Part shown: piece by piece, positions 1-10,022 of the stretch
How the letters are laid out: each line of letters starts with the position of its first letter
Position numbering within the stretch: position 1 is the stretch's first letter
Assembly (NCBI GenBank): GCA_963675755.2
Contig: CAXXMD010000003.1
Coordinates: 160,001 to 224,000 of the forward strand
Reading direction: 5' to 3'
From: a bacterium
GTDB lineage: Bacteria; Zhuqueibacterota; Zhuqueibacteria; Residuimicrobiales; Krinioviventaceae
DNA: 64,000 bases
Position numbers and translations under genes: made by a program
The notes under the pieces: model-generated
What the model was told of the DNA's origin: nothing
What the model saw: only the letters and a program-made list of their open reading frames with translations
The model's database searches: none

Positions 1-653
1 TCTTTGCCAATAATAATATGATCAAGAACATTCACATCAAAATATTTACATGCGGCACAAATTTTATCTGTTACATTTCGGTCTTCATGTGAGGGAGAAG
101 GATTTCCACTAGGATGATTATGCAGCAAAATAATGTTTGCAGCCGCTGCCTGTACCGCCTCCAGAATGATTTCACGTGGCGACACCACACTCTCACACAA
201 ACTTCCTTCAAAAAGTGTTTTTTCTTTCAGCACCTGGTTGCGCGCAGACAGATATAACACTTTGAAAACTTCACGGCCCAGATCACGCATACGCAAATGG
301 ACCAATTGATAAACATCATCAGAGCAGCTAATGTGCTCATTCACCCGCCATTTCTGTTTAACCAGCCGTTTAGACAATTCCAACGCTGATTTGATCTGAC
401 AGGCTTTTGCCAAACCGATCCCTTTTACCGTTTGTAACTGTTGGATCGATACAGCATCCAATCCACGAATTCCTCCAAACTCTTTCAGCAGGCTGCGGGC
501 CATATCCACGGATGTTACTTTGCCATTTCCCGTTCGTAAGATGATCGCCAGCAGTTCCGCTTCAGACAGGGCCTCAGGTCCATTGTGCAGCATCCGTTCT
601 CTGGGACGCTCGTCCTGCGGCCAATCCGGTATTTTCGTTCGATAGGTTTCCAT
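1..653 (-). CDS. radC: RadC (JAB/MPN-domain) protein, 3' end outside the window
   Basis: Manual translation from ATG at 653: METYRTKIPDWPQDERPRERMLHNGPEALSEAELLAIILRTG...KGIGLAKACQIKSALEL...LLHNHPSGNPSPSHED. Has the RPRE, LS.AELLAI, HhH GIG and HNHPSG JAB motifs. Absent from the ORF track because there is no stop in the window. Confidence 0.95.
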   Translation of the reverse strand, partial: METYRTKIPDWPQDERPRERMLHNGPEALSEAELLAIILRTGNGKVTSVDMARSLLKEFGGIRGLDAVSIQQLQTVKGIGLAKACQIKSALELSKRLVKQKWRVNEHISCSDDVYQLVHLRMRDLGREVFKVLYLSARNQVLKEKTLFEGSLCESVVSPREIILEAVQAAAANIILLHNHPSGNPSPSHEDRNVTDKICAACKYFDVNVLDHIIIGK

Positions 654-670
654 GTATCACAAGTTAAAAC

Positions 671-699
671 AATATATTGCAATATTGAATAAAAATCAA
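671..699 (-). promoter_or_regulatory. Candidate sigma70-type promoter of radC with an overlapping 12-bp palindrome
   Basis: Minus strand TTGATT-N17-TATATT. Perfect palindrome ATATTGCAATAT at 674-685. AT-rich context, so a chance match is possible. Confidence 0.4.
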
Positions 700-708
700 G
701 CATCAAAT

Positions 709-749
709 AAAAAAAAGGGCCGGATTCTAAAACCCGGCCCACTTTTTTT
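709..749. terminator. Rho-independent terminator (bidirectional type) after the 1798-aa gene
   Basis: GGGCCGG-loop-CCGGCCC hairpin flanked by an A-run and a T-run. Confidence 0.85.
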
Positions 750-782
750 ATCATGTATTCCTGTCTGGCAGGAAAGTTTATT

Positions 783-3700
783 TTATTTCAGGAACGACAT
801 CTTGATCGTGTTCACATAGTCTCCTGCGCGCATCTGCATAAAGTACAGACCGGTAGAAACCTGCAAGCCCATGTCATTCTTACCATCCCATATTACTGAA
901 TGGAATCCCGCTGCTCGTTGATCGTCAACCAGGGTGCGGATCTTTTGTCCATTAATGTTGTAAATATCAATCACAACATTGGCCGCTTTGGGAACCTGAT
1001 ATTGGATCGTTGTCTGCGGATTAAACGGATTCGGATAGTTCTGCTCTAATTTAAAGGTTTTGGGCAGTACTTCTGTTTCTTCGATTCCGGTTTCAATAAC
1101 ACTTACCCATAAAGTATCGGATGCTGTTTTCATACTGGTATCAACTTTTGATCTGGCGAATGCAACAATCGCATAATCACCTTTATCTGACCATTTATGC
1201 GCAGCAGTAGTATCGGCAGACCAGGCTGAAGTTGTTCCATCACCCCAGTTGAATTGATATTCCACTGCTTCACCAACGGTTGAAACAACCTTTGATGTAG
1301 CAAAACCATAGTACTGATCGATCATCAAATTCGTTTGACCTTCAGGTATTGCAGGTTGAGCTATGGTCATTTGGCGCTGACCCAATGTCAGATAACAGAA
1401 TTCCAATACTTTGACATAAATATTGTTTTCGTCAAAGCTGAATATCTCAAGAACTGTCCATTCACCGGACAATACAGAGTAATAGAAAACAGTCAATTCT
1501 TCCGGACTATCAACACCCGCGCTATCAAGCACTTCCTGAGTATAAGGAATACTGATGGTTACGGAATCTGCAAATGTAAGTCCTGCCGGTCCAAAATGGA
1601 TAGCCAGAGCCATACCGTGTGAACCTTCCGGCAATTCAGGATATTCATCAACAACACTGATACTGATCTCGGTTGTATCAATCAATGCGTTTTCAGGAAT
1701 TGATACGGCAATACCGGTTGTATCGTCAAATACAATACCGCCTGCAATTGTCAGCGTATCTTTAGCAGTATGAACTACAGAGGCAATACCAGTTTGAAAT
1801 GTAAAAGAGGTATCAATACTGTTTGTAACAGGTGAAGTATCTTCACATTGAATATGTACGTTAATGGTGCTGTCCGGTTGGAATGCTGTTTCAGGCTCAT
1901 AGTAGACTATACAAGATTGACCTTTATACTCTACACTTGCATAACCACCGGTTTGATCTGCACCATTTCTCAACACATCAACACCTTCAACGGTAAACAT
2001 TAAAGTTGCCAAATTAACCGAGGTACCCATATCACGAAGTTTAAACTGTACAGGAGAGTTAACCGGTACTTTTTTCGCGTTGGGTGCGGGGAATGCGTAT
2101 ACAAGTTCCGGTGCGTCAACATCACCCGAACTGAATGTTGCAGTAATGGTCATAGCAGAATCCATAACAACTGTATCAGGATTACTTTCACTAACCAGAT
2201 CACCGGTCCATTCAACAAAGACATAACCACTTTCTTCATTGGGTATTGCTGTTACCGGTACTTCTTCACCCATATCAAACCATGCACCGGGAGACGCAGG
2301 AGTTACTTCACCGCCATCTTCAGGGTCAACATGAGTTGACAGATAGAATTGGGTCATATAGTTTGCTGTAAATGTTGTATCCGAGTTGACAGTTACAACA
2401 TGTTCACGTGGTTTTGCATCGCTCCAATCGGTAAAATAGTATCGAATTCCGGTACCACCACTCTTTAATGTATCTGCACTAATTGTATGTATCGAATTTT
2501 CTTCCCAGCTGAATGTAAATGGTGTTTTGTACTTCATACCATCAATACTTACAGTCAGACTTTCGGGTACTGTTGCAACAACAACCTGTTTCAATCTTCC
2601 AAAAGAAGCAGTAACGGATTTGGGACCATCCATAACCAGGGTATCTGGTGTGGCCTTGCCGGTCAAATCACCTGACCAGCCAATGAAACGATATCCATTT
2701 ACTGTATCCGGTTCTGCAACCAATTCTACCTCTGCTTCCGCAGCATACCAGTCACCAGGTGCCGGAGGAGTAACAGTACCACCTTCTTCAGGGTCAACTG
2801 CTGTAGTTAACAGATATTCAGTGTCAAACAAGGCACTGTAAACAAGTACGCCATTGACAGTAATATTATGTGATTGTGCACCGCCATCACTCCAGGTATC
2901 AAACTGATAACGGGTACCGTCACCACTAAACTGGGTTGTAGAATCTTCAGAAATTGCAATTGTATGTACGGATCCTGCTTCCCACTCGAAATCCTGTGGC
3001 GCAATATAGGATTCTCCATCAACAACAATAGAACGTCCCGGAGGATCGGTTGTAATTCTTACATCACCCAACTTTATAAAGTTTGCAACAATTTGCTTAT
3101 TTCCATTCATGGTTACCGTAGTCAAATTGGTATCTGAATCAGCTACACCACCGGTCCAATTGGCAAAACGATAACCTTCGGCAGCAATAGCTTCAAGTGC
3201 AACCACGGAATCTACACCAAGAACATATTGCCCAACTGCGGGTACGGTTGTTCCTGCATTCTCAGGGCTTACAGATATATCCAAAGTAAACTCGTCCGGT
3301 TCAAAATGTGCCAGAACATTTTTATCTTTAGACATGACAACGGTTGTAGAAGCTTTTGTAGAATCCGTAACACCACCGGACCATTTTACAAATCGGTATC
3401 CACTCAGGGCTGCTGCAGAGATATTTACAACTGCACCACTGTCATAATCATATTCACCTGCTGCAGGTACAGTGGTACCTCCGCCTAAAGGATCGGGACC
3501 AATGTTTAATGAATAGGTAATCTTTTCAAATTTGGCAGTTACGGTTTCATCCTGTATAACACGGATTGTAGAATTCGCACTGGTAGTATCGTCAACATTG
3601 CTGCTCCAGCCGACAAATCTGTAACCGGCATTAGGAATAGCTGTCAAATCTACCAATGAGTATGTATTATAGGTATGCTCACCGGGTTCAGGATCAGTAG

Positions 3701-6179
3701 TACCACCCTCTGCCGGATCAGCAACCATGGTCAAAGTAAAATCCTGTTTTCCAAATACAGCTGTAACGGTTTTATCGTTATCGATAAATACAGTAGTGGT
3801 TGCATTGTATGGGTCCTCAACATTACTGCTCCAATATTTAAAACGGAAACCTTCAGCGGGAAATGCCTGAATAGGTACCTGATCTCCAATATCATAGACA
3901 TGGTTACCAATCGCAGGGCTGGTTGTGCCCCATGTATTTACATTTCTTGCCATGGTAAGGGTTGCTTCACGTTTTTCTTCAAAATTTGCAGTAACGGTTT
4001 CACCGGCACCTGGTACAGTATAGGTATGACTGCGTGCACCAGCATCACTCCATGAGGTAAATACATATATCAATTCACCCACTTCCTGAATGGCATCAGT
4101 AGTCAGGGTATGATTACTGCCAACTACCCATGAAAAAGTTTGTGGAGTTGAATACGTAATACCATCAACTGTAAAATCCAAACCAGCTATACTGGTATTT
4201 ACAGTGACATCAACAACCAGATTATAATTTGCTGTAACAGACTTGGGTCCATTCATCAATAGTGATGTAGGAGTAGTTGTACCACTCAGGCTGCCAGTCC
4301 AGCCGACAAAATCATAACCGCTGGCAACTGTTGTACTAATATTTGCTGTGGTACCGGCATTATACCATTGTCCTGGAGGTGCAGGAGTTGTATTACCACC
4401 CGCATCAGGATTTTCTGTCATGGTAAGATAATATTGTGTCTGCCATGCGGCGGTAACGGTCTTGGGTCCATCCATAGTAATGGAATGGCTTGTTTCAGTG
4501 CCGCTATAAGCTCCACTCCAGCTCTGAAATATGTGCTGTGTACCGGTCTCAACATCAGGTGTTGTAATGCCAAATGTAGCGCTGGCGCCAGAATTATACC
4601 AGGCTTCACCAGTGGGACTGCCATAGTCAGAAACAACATCGAGGTAATACTGAGTTGTCCAGGCGGCTGTTACCGTCTTGGGACCATCCATGGTAATTGT
4701 ATAACTGGATTCACTACCGGTATGGTCTCCACTCCATCCACTCAAGACATAACGGGTTTCAGAGTCACCATCCGGAGTTGTTACCGATACGGTTGGTGTT
4801 GTTCCACCATTATGCCAACCGGCTCCCTGGGGATTACCATGAGCTGAATTTACGGTCAATTGATATTGAGTTGTAAAGTTTGCGGTAACCGTTTGATTTG
4901 TTTCCGGTACTGTATACGTTTGGGGATTTGTTCCTGTATTGCCCCAATTGTAAAATACATACTGTGTACCTGTTCCGCCACTCTGGGTTGTACTTTCAAC
5001 TTCAAGCGTATGTGTTTCACTTGAAACCCAGGTAAAAGTATGCGGGGCGGTATATGTAGTTCCATCCACTTCAAAATCTAAACCGGATGGACTTGTATTA
5101 ATAGTAATATCAACTTCTGTTCCAAAATTTGCTGTAACGCTTTTGGCTGCATTCATGGTCAGGTTTTGAGGCAGGGTTTTACCTGTTAGTGCCCCAGAAA
5201 AACCAGCCCATTGATATCCGGAATTTGTTGTGGTATTGATTGATAATACGGTCCCGGCATCATGCCAATCACTGCTCTCACTAATTGTACCGCCAGCCAA
5301 AGGACTTACAGCAGTTGTTAAATAATATTGAGTTGTCCAGGCAGCGGTAACTGTCTTGGGACTATTCATAGTAATATTAAAACTGGTTTCACTGCCAGTA
5401 TGATCTCCGCTCCAGCTATCCAAAACATAACGTGTACCGCTGGTACCATCGGGAGAGGTAACTGAAACTGCCGCAGACGTATTGGCATCTTTCCAGCCTT
5501 GTCCTGTAGCACTACCATGAGCAGAATTGACGGTTAAATAATATTGTGTATCAAAATTTCCGGTTATTGTTGCATTGCTGGATCCCACTACATAAGTTTG
5601 CGGATTAGAGCTTGTGTTGCTCCAGGCATCAAAAACATATTGTATTCCTGTACCGCCACTTTGGGTTTCATCAGAAACTTGAATATTATGAGATGAACCC
5701 TGTTCCCAGGAAAAGGTTTGTGATGATGAATAAGTTGTACCATCAACAACAAAAGACCGGCCTGCCGGGGAGGTAGTTACAGTAATATTATGTGTTGGAC
5801 GGTTTATGGTAACTGTTCCAACATCTTGAGATGGGTCATTAGTTAAAACAACTTCTATTGTTTTTTCCCCACCATTTTCATCATCAAAATCCACTACTAG
5901 TGTTTGACCTGCCGACCAAGAAAAACTTTCATTCCCGAGTTGTACTTGAAATGATCCTTCACTGCCATCCCATAAATCTTTTCCTGAATTTTCAGTCAAT
6001 GTAGTTAACGAATCGGGTTGTTTGATATAAGCTCTCCAAGTCATATGTGACGGGATTGAATTATCAGAATACCTTAATAATCCCCAAACAGTATGAATAC
6101 CATCTGCATAAGCACTATTTACGACCAAAATAATAGTACTTAGAAAAATTAAGAAAAATATTATTCGATTCTTTTTCAC
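783..6179 (-). CDS. Large secreted surface protein: N-terminal 'PH/H-x-V-W-G' domain, many InlB B-repeat/Flg_new-like repeats, Ig-like, ZU5-like and PKD-like regions, FlgD/T9SS-type CTD
   Basis: Signal peptide. Recurrent 'Y.LT...P..GG...G.WY..G..V...A....GY.F..WSG......MDGPKTVTA.F' units. 'GP.GLTF.DSVTISIPY' ZU5-like stretch. C-terminal [13 protein letters not shown]...WDGKND. Confidence 0.85.
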   Translation of the reverse strand: MKKNRIIFFLIFLSTIILVVNSAYADGIHTVWGLLRYSDNSIPSHMTWRAYIKQPDSLTTLTENSGKDLWDGSEGSFQVQLGNESFSWSAGQTLVVDFDDENGGEKTIEVVLTNDPSQDVGTVTINRPTHNITVTTSPAGRSFVVDGTTYSSSQTFSWEQGSSHNIQVSDETQSGGTGIQYVFDAWSNTSSNPQTYVVGSSNATITGNFDTQYYLTVNSAHGSATGQGWKDANTSAAVSVTSPDGTSGTRYVLDSWSGDHTGSETSFNITMNSPKTVTAAWTTQYYLTTAVSPLAGGTISESSDWHDAGTVLSINTTTNSGYQWAGFSGALTGKTLPQNLTMNAAKSVTANFGTEVDITINTSPSGLDFEVDGTTYTAPHTFTWVSSETHTLEVESTTQSGGTGTQYVFYNWGNTGTNPQTYTVPETNQTVTANFTTQYQLTVNSAHGNPQGAGWHNGGTTPTVSVTTPDGDSETRYVLSGWSGDHTGSESSYTITMDGPKTVTAAWTTQYYLDVVSDYGSPTGEAWYNSGASATFGITTPDVETGTQHIFQSWSGAYSGTETSHSITMDGPKTVTAAWQTQYYLTMTENPDAGGNTTPAPPGQWYNAGTTANISTTVASGYDFVGWTGSLSGTTTPTSLLMNGPKSVTANYNLVVDVTVNTSIAGLDFTVDGITYSTPQTFSWVVGSNHTLTTDAIQEVGELIYVFTSWSDAGARSHTYTVPGAGETVTANFEEKREATLTMARNVNTWGTTSPAIGNHVYDIGDQVPIQAFPAEGFRFKYWSSNVEDPYNATTTVFIDNDKTVTAVFGKQDFTLTMVADPAEGGTTDPEPGEHTYNTYSLVDLTAIPNAGYRFVGWSSNVDDTTSANSTIRVIQDETVTAKFEKITYSLNIGPDPLGGGTTVPAAGEYDYDSGAVVNISAAALSGYRFVKWSGGVTDSTKASTTVVMSKDKNVLAHFEPDEFTLDISVSPENAGTTVPAVGQYVLGVDSVVALEAIAAEGYRFANWTGGVADSDTNLTTVTMNGNKQIVANFIKLGDVRITTDPPGRSIVVDGESYIAPQDFEWEAGSVHTIAISEDSTTQFSGDGTRYQFDTWSDGGAQSHNITVNGVLVYSALFDTEYLLTTAVDPEEGGTVTPPAPGDWYAAEAEVELVAEPDTVNGYRFIGWSGDLTGKATPDTLVMDGPKSVTASFGRLKQVVVATVPESLTVSIDGMKYKTPFTFSWEENSIHTISADTLKSGGTGIRYYFTDWSDAKPREHVVTVNSDTTFTANYMTQFYLSTHVDPEDGGEVTPASPGAWFDMGEEVPVTAIPNEESGYVFVEWTGDLVSESNPDTVVMDSAMTITATFSSGDVDAPELVYAFPAPNAKKVPVNSPVQFKLRDMGTSVNLATLMFTVEGVDVLRNGADQTGGYASVEYKGQSCIVYYEPETAFQPDSTINVHIQCEDTSPVTNSIDTSFTFQTGIASVVHTAKDTLTIAGGIVFDDTTGIAVSIPENALIDTTEISISVVDEYPELPEGSHGMALAIHFGPAGLTFADSVTISIPYTQEVLDSAGVDSPEELTVFYYSVLSGEWTVLEIFSFDENNIYVKVLEFCYLTLGQRQMTIAQPAIPEGQTNLMIDQYYGFATSKVVSTVGEAVEYQFNWGDGTTSAWSADTTAAHKWSDKGDYAIVAFARSKVDTSMKTASDTLWVSVIETGIEETEVLPKTFKLEQNYPNPFNPQTTIQYQVPKAANVVIDIYNINGQKIRTLVDDQRAAGFHSVIWDGKNDMGLQVSTGLYFMQMRAGDYVNTIKMSFLK

Positions 6180-6212
6180 ACTATACCTCTACCATTTTAT
6201 ATGAATTTTTTA

Positions 6213-7196
6213 TTACCTGATCATAATCGCTTTTGAGCGTCTTGTCAGCGTCTCACCTTTTAATTCCAGAAAATACGTTCCACTGCCCAATTTATCACCA
6301 GCATCGTTCTTGCCGTCCCAAACTGTCTTGTATTCACCCACATTTTTATATTCCGCGATTAATGTTCTTACGCGTTTTCCAAGAGTATTATAAACCGTTA
6401 ACTTTACATATTGTGAACGATCAAGTCCGAAACTGATCACAGTTTCAGGATTAAAAGGATTTGGATAATTCTGCATCAACCGGATATCCTGTGGTGCTGA
6501 CAACTGATCTGACACTATTCCTACCGGATACTCCAGCGTTACAACATCGGTACTGTCAGAAATCTGTTCGGTCAGAATAAGTTCTACAAAACCCGTTGCT
6601 GACTGAGTATCATCGATGTCAATATGCAAGGTATCACCCGCAGTCCAGCTTGAAAAATCCGTACATTCAAGCACAAACTCTCCGGTTGTATTGTCATAAT
6701 AGGATGAATCTGTAAAAGCCAAAGTATCATCAGGCCGGGTTGTTATAAAAGCAGTCCAATTAATTGCAGCCGGAATAGCCTCATTCACATATTGAACAAA
6801 ACCATATACCGGATGTTCTGCTTCCTGGACCTGGTTCAATACAACAATTCCCGCGTTATCATAAGCGTCATAGCTCAATACTACATCAAGGGTGGCAGCA
6901 AAATCCTGAGTATCTGTAAATTCCACATGTAAAGTCTCATCCGCGGCCCAGCTTGATAAAGCCGAACATTGGATCAAGAAATTGCCGGTTGTTTGATCAT
7001 ACATGGATGTTGTGGGCTGCTCAAAAACCAACACATCTTCAGGACGTGTGGTGATATATGCCGTCCAGTATATATCTTGCGGAAAGCTTTCATCCTCGTA
7101 TTGCAGGGTACCTATTACACTATGTGGCGCAGCGGCAAAAAGAGATCCACTGCCCAGTGTAATTAGCAATACAGATAATATGTTAAATATTTTCAT
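6213..7196 (-). CDS. Secreted protein with two tandem copies of an uncharacterised ~100-aa domain plus CTD
   Basis: Signal peptide. Internal repeat PHSVIG...WTAYITTRPEDVL...SSWAADETLHVEFTDTQ / HPVYG...WTAFITTRPDDTL...[33 protein letters not shown]. Confidence 0.85.
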   Translation of the reverse strand: MKIFNILSVLLITLGSGSLFAAAPHSVIGTLQYEDESFPQDIYWTAYITTRPEDVLVFEQPTTSMYDQTTGNFLIQCSALSSWAADETLHVEFTDTQDFAATLDVVLSYDAYDNAGIVVLNQVQEAEHPVYGFVQYVNEAIPAAINWTAFITTRPDDTLAFTDSSYYDNTTGEFVLECTDFSSWTAGDTLHIDIDDTQSATGFVELILTEQISDSTDVVTLEYPVGIVSDQLSAPQDIRLMQNYPNPFNPETVISFGLDRSQYVKLTVYNTLGKRVRTLIAEYKNVGEYKTVWDGKNDAGDKLGSGTYFLELKGETLTRRSKAIMIR

Positions 7197-7209
7197 AGTG
7201 TTCCTGTCG

Positions 7210-9858
7210 TTATCGAATTAAAATTGCCTTCATCTGCTTTTTAAAATTACTGCTTTCCATAACATAAAAATACATGCCACTGGGTACATTCAATCCGGAA
7301 TCATTTTTTCCGTTCCAGACAACCTGGTAAGAACCGGCAGATTTCTGTCCGTCAACCAAAGTTCTGATTTGTTGTCCCATGGTATTGTAAACATTTAATT
7401 TCACATAGTCATCCTGAGGCAAAGCATAACGGATCAATGTTTCAGGATTAAATGGGTTCGGGTAATTCTGTGTCAACGTATAACTGGAAGGCAATTCACT
7501 CACAGTGTTTGTTAAATTTAAAACTTTATCAGCAGCCTGATCAGTTAATACAATATTTGACTCAAAAATAGTATTTCCTTTACTATCCAGACAGGCAATA
7601 TTCAGGTTTTTACCAATTGTCCATCCATTTGGTAAAGCGGCAATTTGTAAGGCAAATACACCGTCTTTAAGCTGACTGCCCGGTGATGTGGTTGTCACAA
7701 AAGCACTTGCATCATCGTCCATCCATGCTTTAACCAATGCAATTTTTTGATCTGATTGTGGTATAGAACCATAAACCATATGGGGAACAGTCAAAGCAGA
7801 AGCAGCATTGCCGGTTCCCTTTGCAAGGGCAGTTCTGGCGCTTACAGTGCTGCCAGAAGGCCACGAAACATTTGATGTCACATTGACATAATAGGGATAG
7901 CCAATGGTTGTGGTAAAATCAGTGCTCGATAATCCCGGAATATACTGATAATACCCCTGGATAGATGCATCCCAACGGGCCACACTGTTACAGCTGGTAA
8001 TATCGGCTTGTAATTGACTTGCAAGGGTTATATCAGACCTGTCTAGTGGCAGCATAATTTCATTAAAATCCGTTGTTGCAGTAGTCACCAATGAATAAGT
8101 AGGGTCTGTCAAGGTTCCGGTTATAGTAAAAACAGAATTGTCTACAACATTTACATAATAGGGATACCCTGCATATACATCAAAATTGGTACTTGAAAGC
8201 CCGGGGATGTATTGATAATAACCCTGAATTGTGGGTTCCCAGTAGGCTACAGAATTACAATTGGGAATGGCACTTGCAAGATCACTCGCGTCACTGATAT
8301 TGGCAACATTTAAAGGTAAAGCAATTTCATTAAAATCCGTTGTGGGTGTGGTGATCAAATAAAAATCAAATTCACCATAGATTTCAGAAGGTTCACTTTC
8401 AGAACCGTTCAAAGCGGTAACCGCGTAATAATAATTTACAGCAGCATTACCGGCAACATCACCGGTATCTGTCCATTGTATACCCGCTGTTCCACCATCC
8501 TCATCGGTTATTGCGGAAGCGACCCGGTTGGTTCCATTTTGTCTGTCTGGTACAAAATCAGGAGATGTACCACGATACACGTTATACGAAGAAGCACCCG
8601 AAACTGCATTAAACGTGAGCATTAAATTCGTTGTGTCTACCTTTACAGCCGATGTAATGGTTGTGGGATCTAAAATTTCCTGTCCATTATTTTTAACACC
8701 CGTAACAGTAATAGGTCCATACTTTTCGTTATACCAGCCGGACGTATTAAAACTGGAATGCGCAACCCATACGGTCATTCCTGCCTGCGCCAATTCGGAA
8801 ACACCATCATCCCAGGGTGCAGCAAGTGAATCGCTCCATACGCCATTTTCCAACACTTTAACCTGTTCGTTGGCCCTTCTGGAATTGTAATACATCAGCG
8901 TACCGTCAGAAAATGAAGTAACACGCATATAAGGACCGCTGGTATTGGCGAACATGATTGTATCGCCACCTACATAATGGTTCCAGGTACCATTACCCGG
9001 TTCCTCAGCACTGGAACAATACATTGCGGTTTCGTAAAATGTTCCATCATATTCCGCCAGGGTTTTATCGCACCAGGATACATATATAGTTCCATTTAGA
9101 ATTGTCATATAAGGGTTGGTACCCAAATGGCCTACTGCACCGTCAATGCCGGTAACAGTGGTCCAATCACTATCAGAGGTCGACATATATTTAAAAATCG
9201 CAGAACGCGGATCACCCTTCATTCGGGCCAGTACATAAATGTAGCCGCTATCACTGGTAAACAGGTAGGGAAACTCTCCGGAACCCAACGGTTGCGGTGC
9301 CCCCCATGTCGAACCGGTACGCACTACATAAAATAGTAAATCATTAACGCCTTCTTCATAAATAACATAGATCTTGTTATTAAACAAGACAATATCTAAA
9401 TTGATTTTTGATGGAGTTGTGTTTACAACCTGCACTGAACCGCTCCAGCTCCCGTTATACCAGGTCTTGTACCATATCATACCATTTTGGGTACAATAAA
9501 CAATATGCATTTTTCCGGCTTCATCAAATGTCATTCCTACATTACGTAAAGGGTACGAATGCTCATCTCCACCAAAAACAATTCTGGTATCGTCATCTAT
9601 GATTTCTGCACTTGACCATGAGCCATCGCTTTTACGGTAAACATGTTTCATATCCCCATCTTTAACCCAGATAACATGCGGGCGATTGTTGGTTGGGTCT
9701 ACAGCAACATTGGCACTATGGCCGCCAATTTGTTCCAGGGTTACCATTGGAATTATTTCAAGATCGTCTATGGATGCGCTAAAAGCATTAACAACGAAAA
9801 ACAGACTGAAAACTAAAAACAGTCCATTAAAATTAAAAGGAACACGTATCCTGGTCAT
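7210..9858 (-). CDS. Secreted protein: beta-propeller-like N-terminus, FN3-like domain, 2x TTDFNE repeat, PH-x-x-YG domain, CTD
   Basis: ORF track 7210..9903. The more likely start is ATG 9858, which follows a GGAGAGG RBS and precedes a hydrophobic signal peptide. Repeated 'H.V[WY]......Y....G.W' propeller-type blades. Confidence 0.8.
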   Translation of the reverse strand: MTRIRVPFNFNGLFLVFSLFFVVNAFSASIDDLEIIPMVTLEQIGGHSANVAVDPTNNRPHVIWVKDGDMKHVYRKSDGSWSSAEIIDDDTRIVFGGDEHSYPLRNVGMTFDEAGKMHIVYCTQNGMIWYKTWYNGSWSGSVQVVNTTPSKINLDIVLFNNKIYVIYEEGVNDLLFYVVRTGSTWGAPQPLGSGEFPYLFTSDSGYIYVLARMKGDPRSAIFKYMSTSDSDWTTVTGIDGAVGHLGTNPYMTILNGTIYVSWCDKTLAEYDGTFYETAMYCSSAEEPGNGTWNHYVGGDTIMFANTSGPYMRVTSFSDGTLMYYNSRRANEQVKVLENGVWSDSLAAPWDDGVSELAQAGMTVWVAHSSFNTSGWYNEKYGPITVTGVKNNGQEILDPTTITSAVKVDTTNLMLTFNAVSGASSYNVYRGTSPDFVPDRQNGTNRVASAITDEDGGTAGIQWTDTGDVAGNAAVNYYYAVTALNGSESEPSEIYGEFDFYLITTPTTDFNEIALPLNVANISDASDLASAIPNCNSVAYWEPTIQGYYQYIPGLSSTNFDVYAGYPYYVNVVDNSVFTITGTLTDPTYSLVTTATTDFNEIMLPLDRSDITLASQLQADITSCNSVARWDASIQGYYQYIPGLSSTDFTTTIGYPYYVNVTSNVSWPSGSTVSARTALAKGTGNAASALTVPHMVYGSIPQSDQKIALVKAWMDDDASAFVTTTSPGSQLKDGVFALQIAALPNGWTIGKNLNIACLDSKGNTIFESNIVLTDQAADKVLNLTNTVSELPSSYTLTQNYPNPFNPETLIRYALPQDDYVKLNVYNTMGQQIRTLVDGQKSAGSYQVVWNGKNDSGLNVPSGMYFYVMESSNFKKQMKAILIR
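7860..8352 (-). repeat. Tandem pair of ~78-aa TTDFNE...CNSVA.W...QGYYQYIPG...GYPYYVN repeats (copy set 1 of 3)
   Basis: Seen in translation. Other pairs lie at about 10645-11140 and 14355-14845. Boundaries approximate. Confidence 0.85.
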
Positions 9859-10022
9859 TTCCTCTCCTGATTCAACTAAATATTTAATCTTTGCACCATG
9901 CAAATTGTATACCTATACAGGAACATTCAAGATCCTGTAACTAACTGTAAATAAAGAACACATTTTTATCTACTTTTGGGCGCCTCCGTTATTAACAAAA
10001 CCTGTATTACAATTTTGTAATA

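Noticed and set aside
1-653. radC as a marker of a mobile element
   Set aside because: It is the long form with an HhH region, typical of chromosomal copies. No integrase, transposase or att site is seen.
515-754. 79-aa ORF in the track
   Set aside because: It overlaps radC in another frame and runs through the terminator and promoter; radC has clear family motifs.
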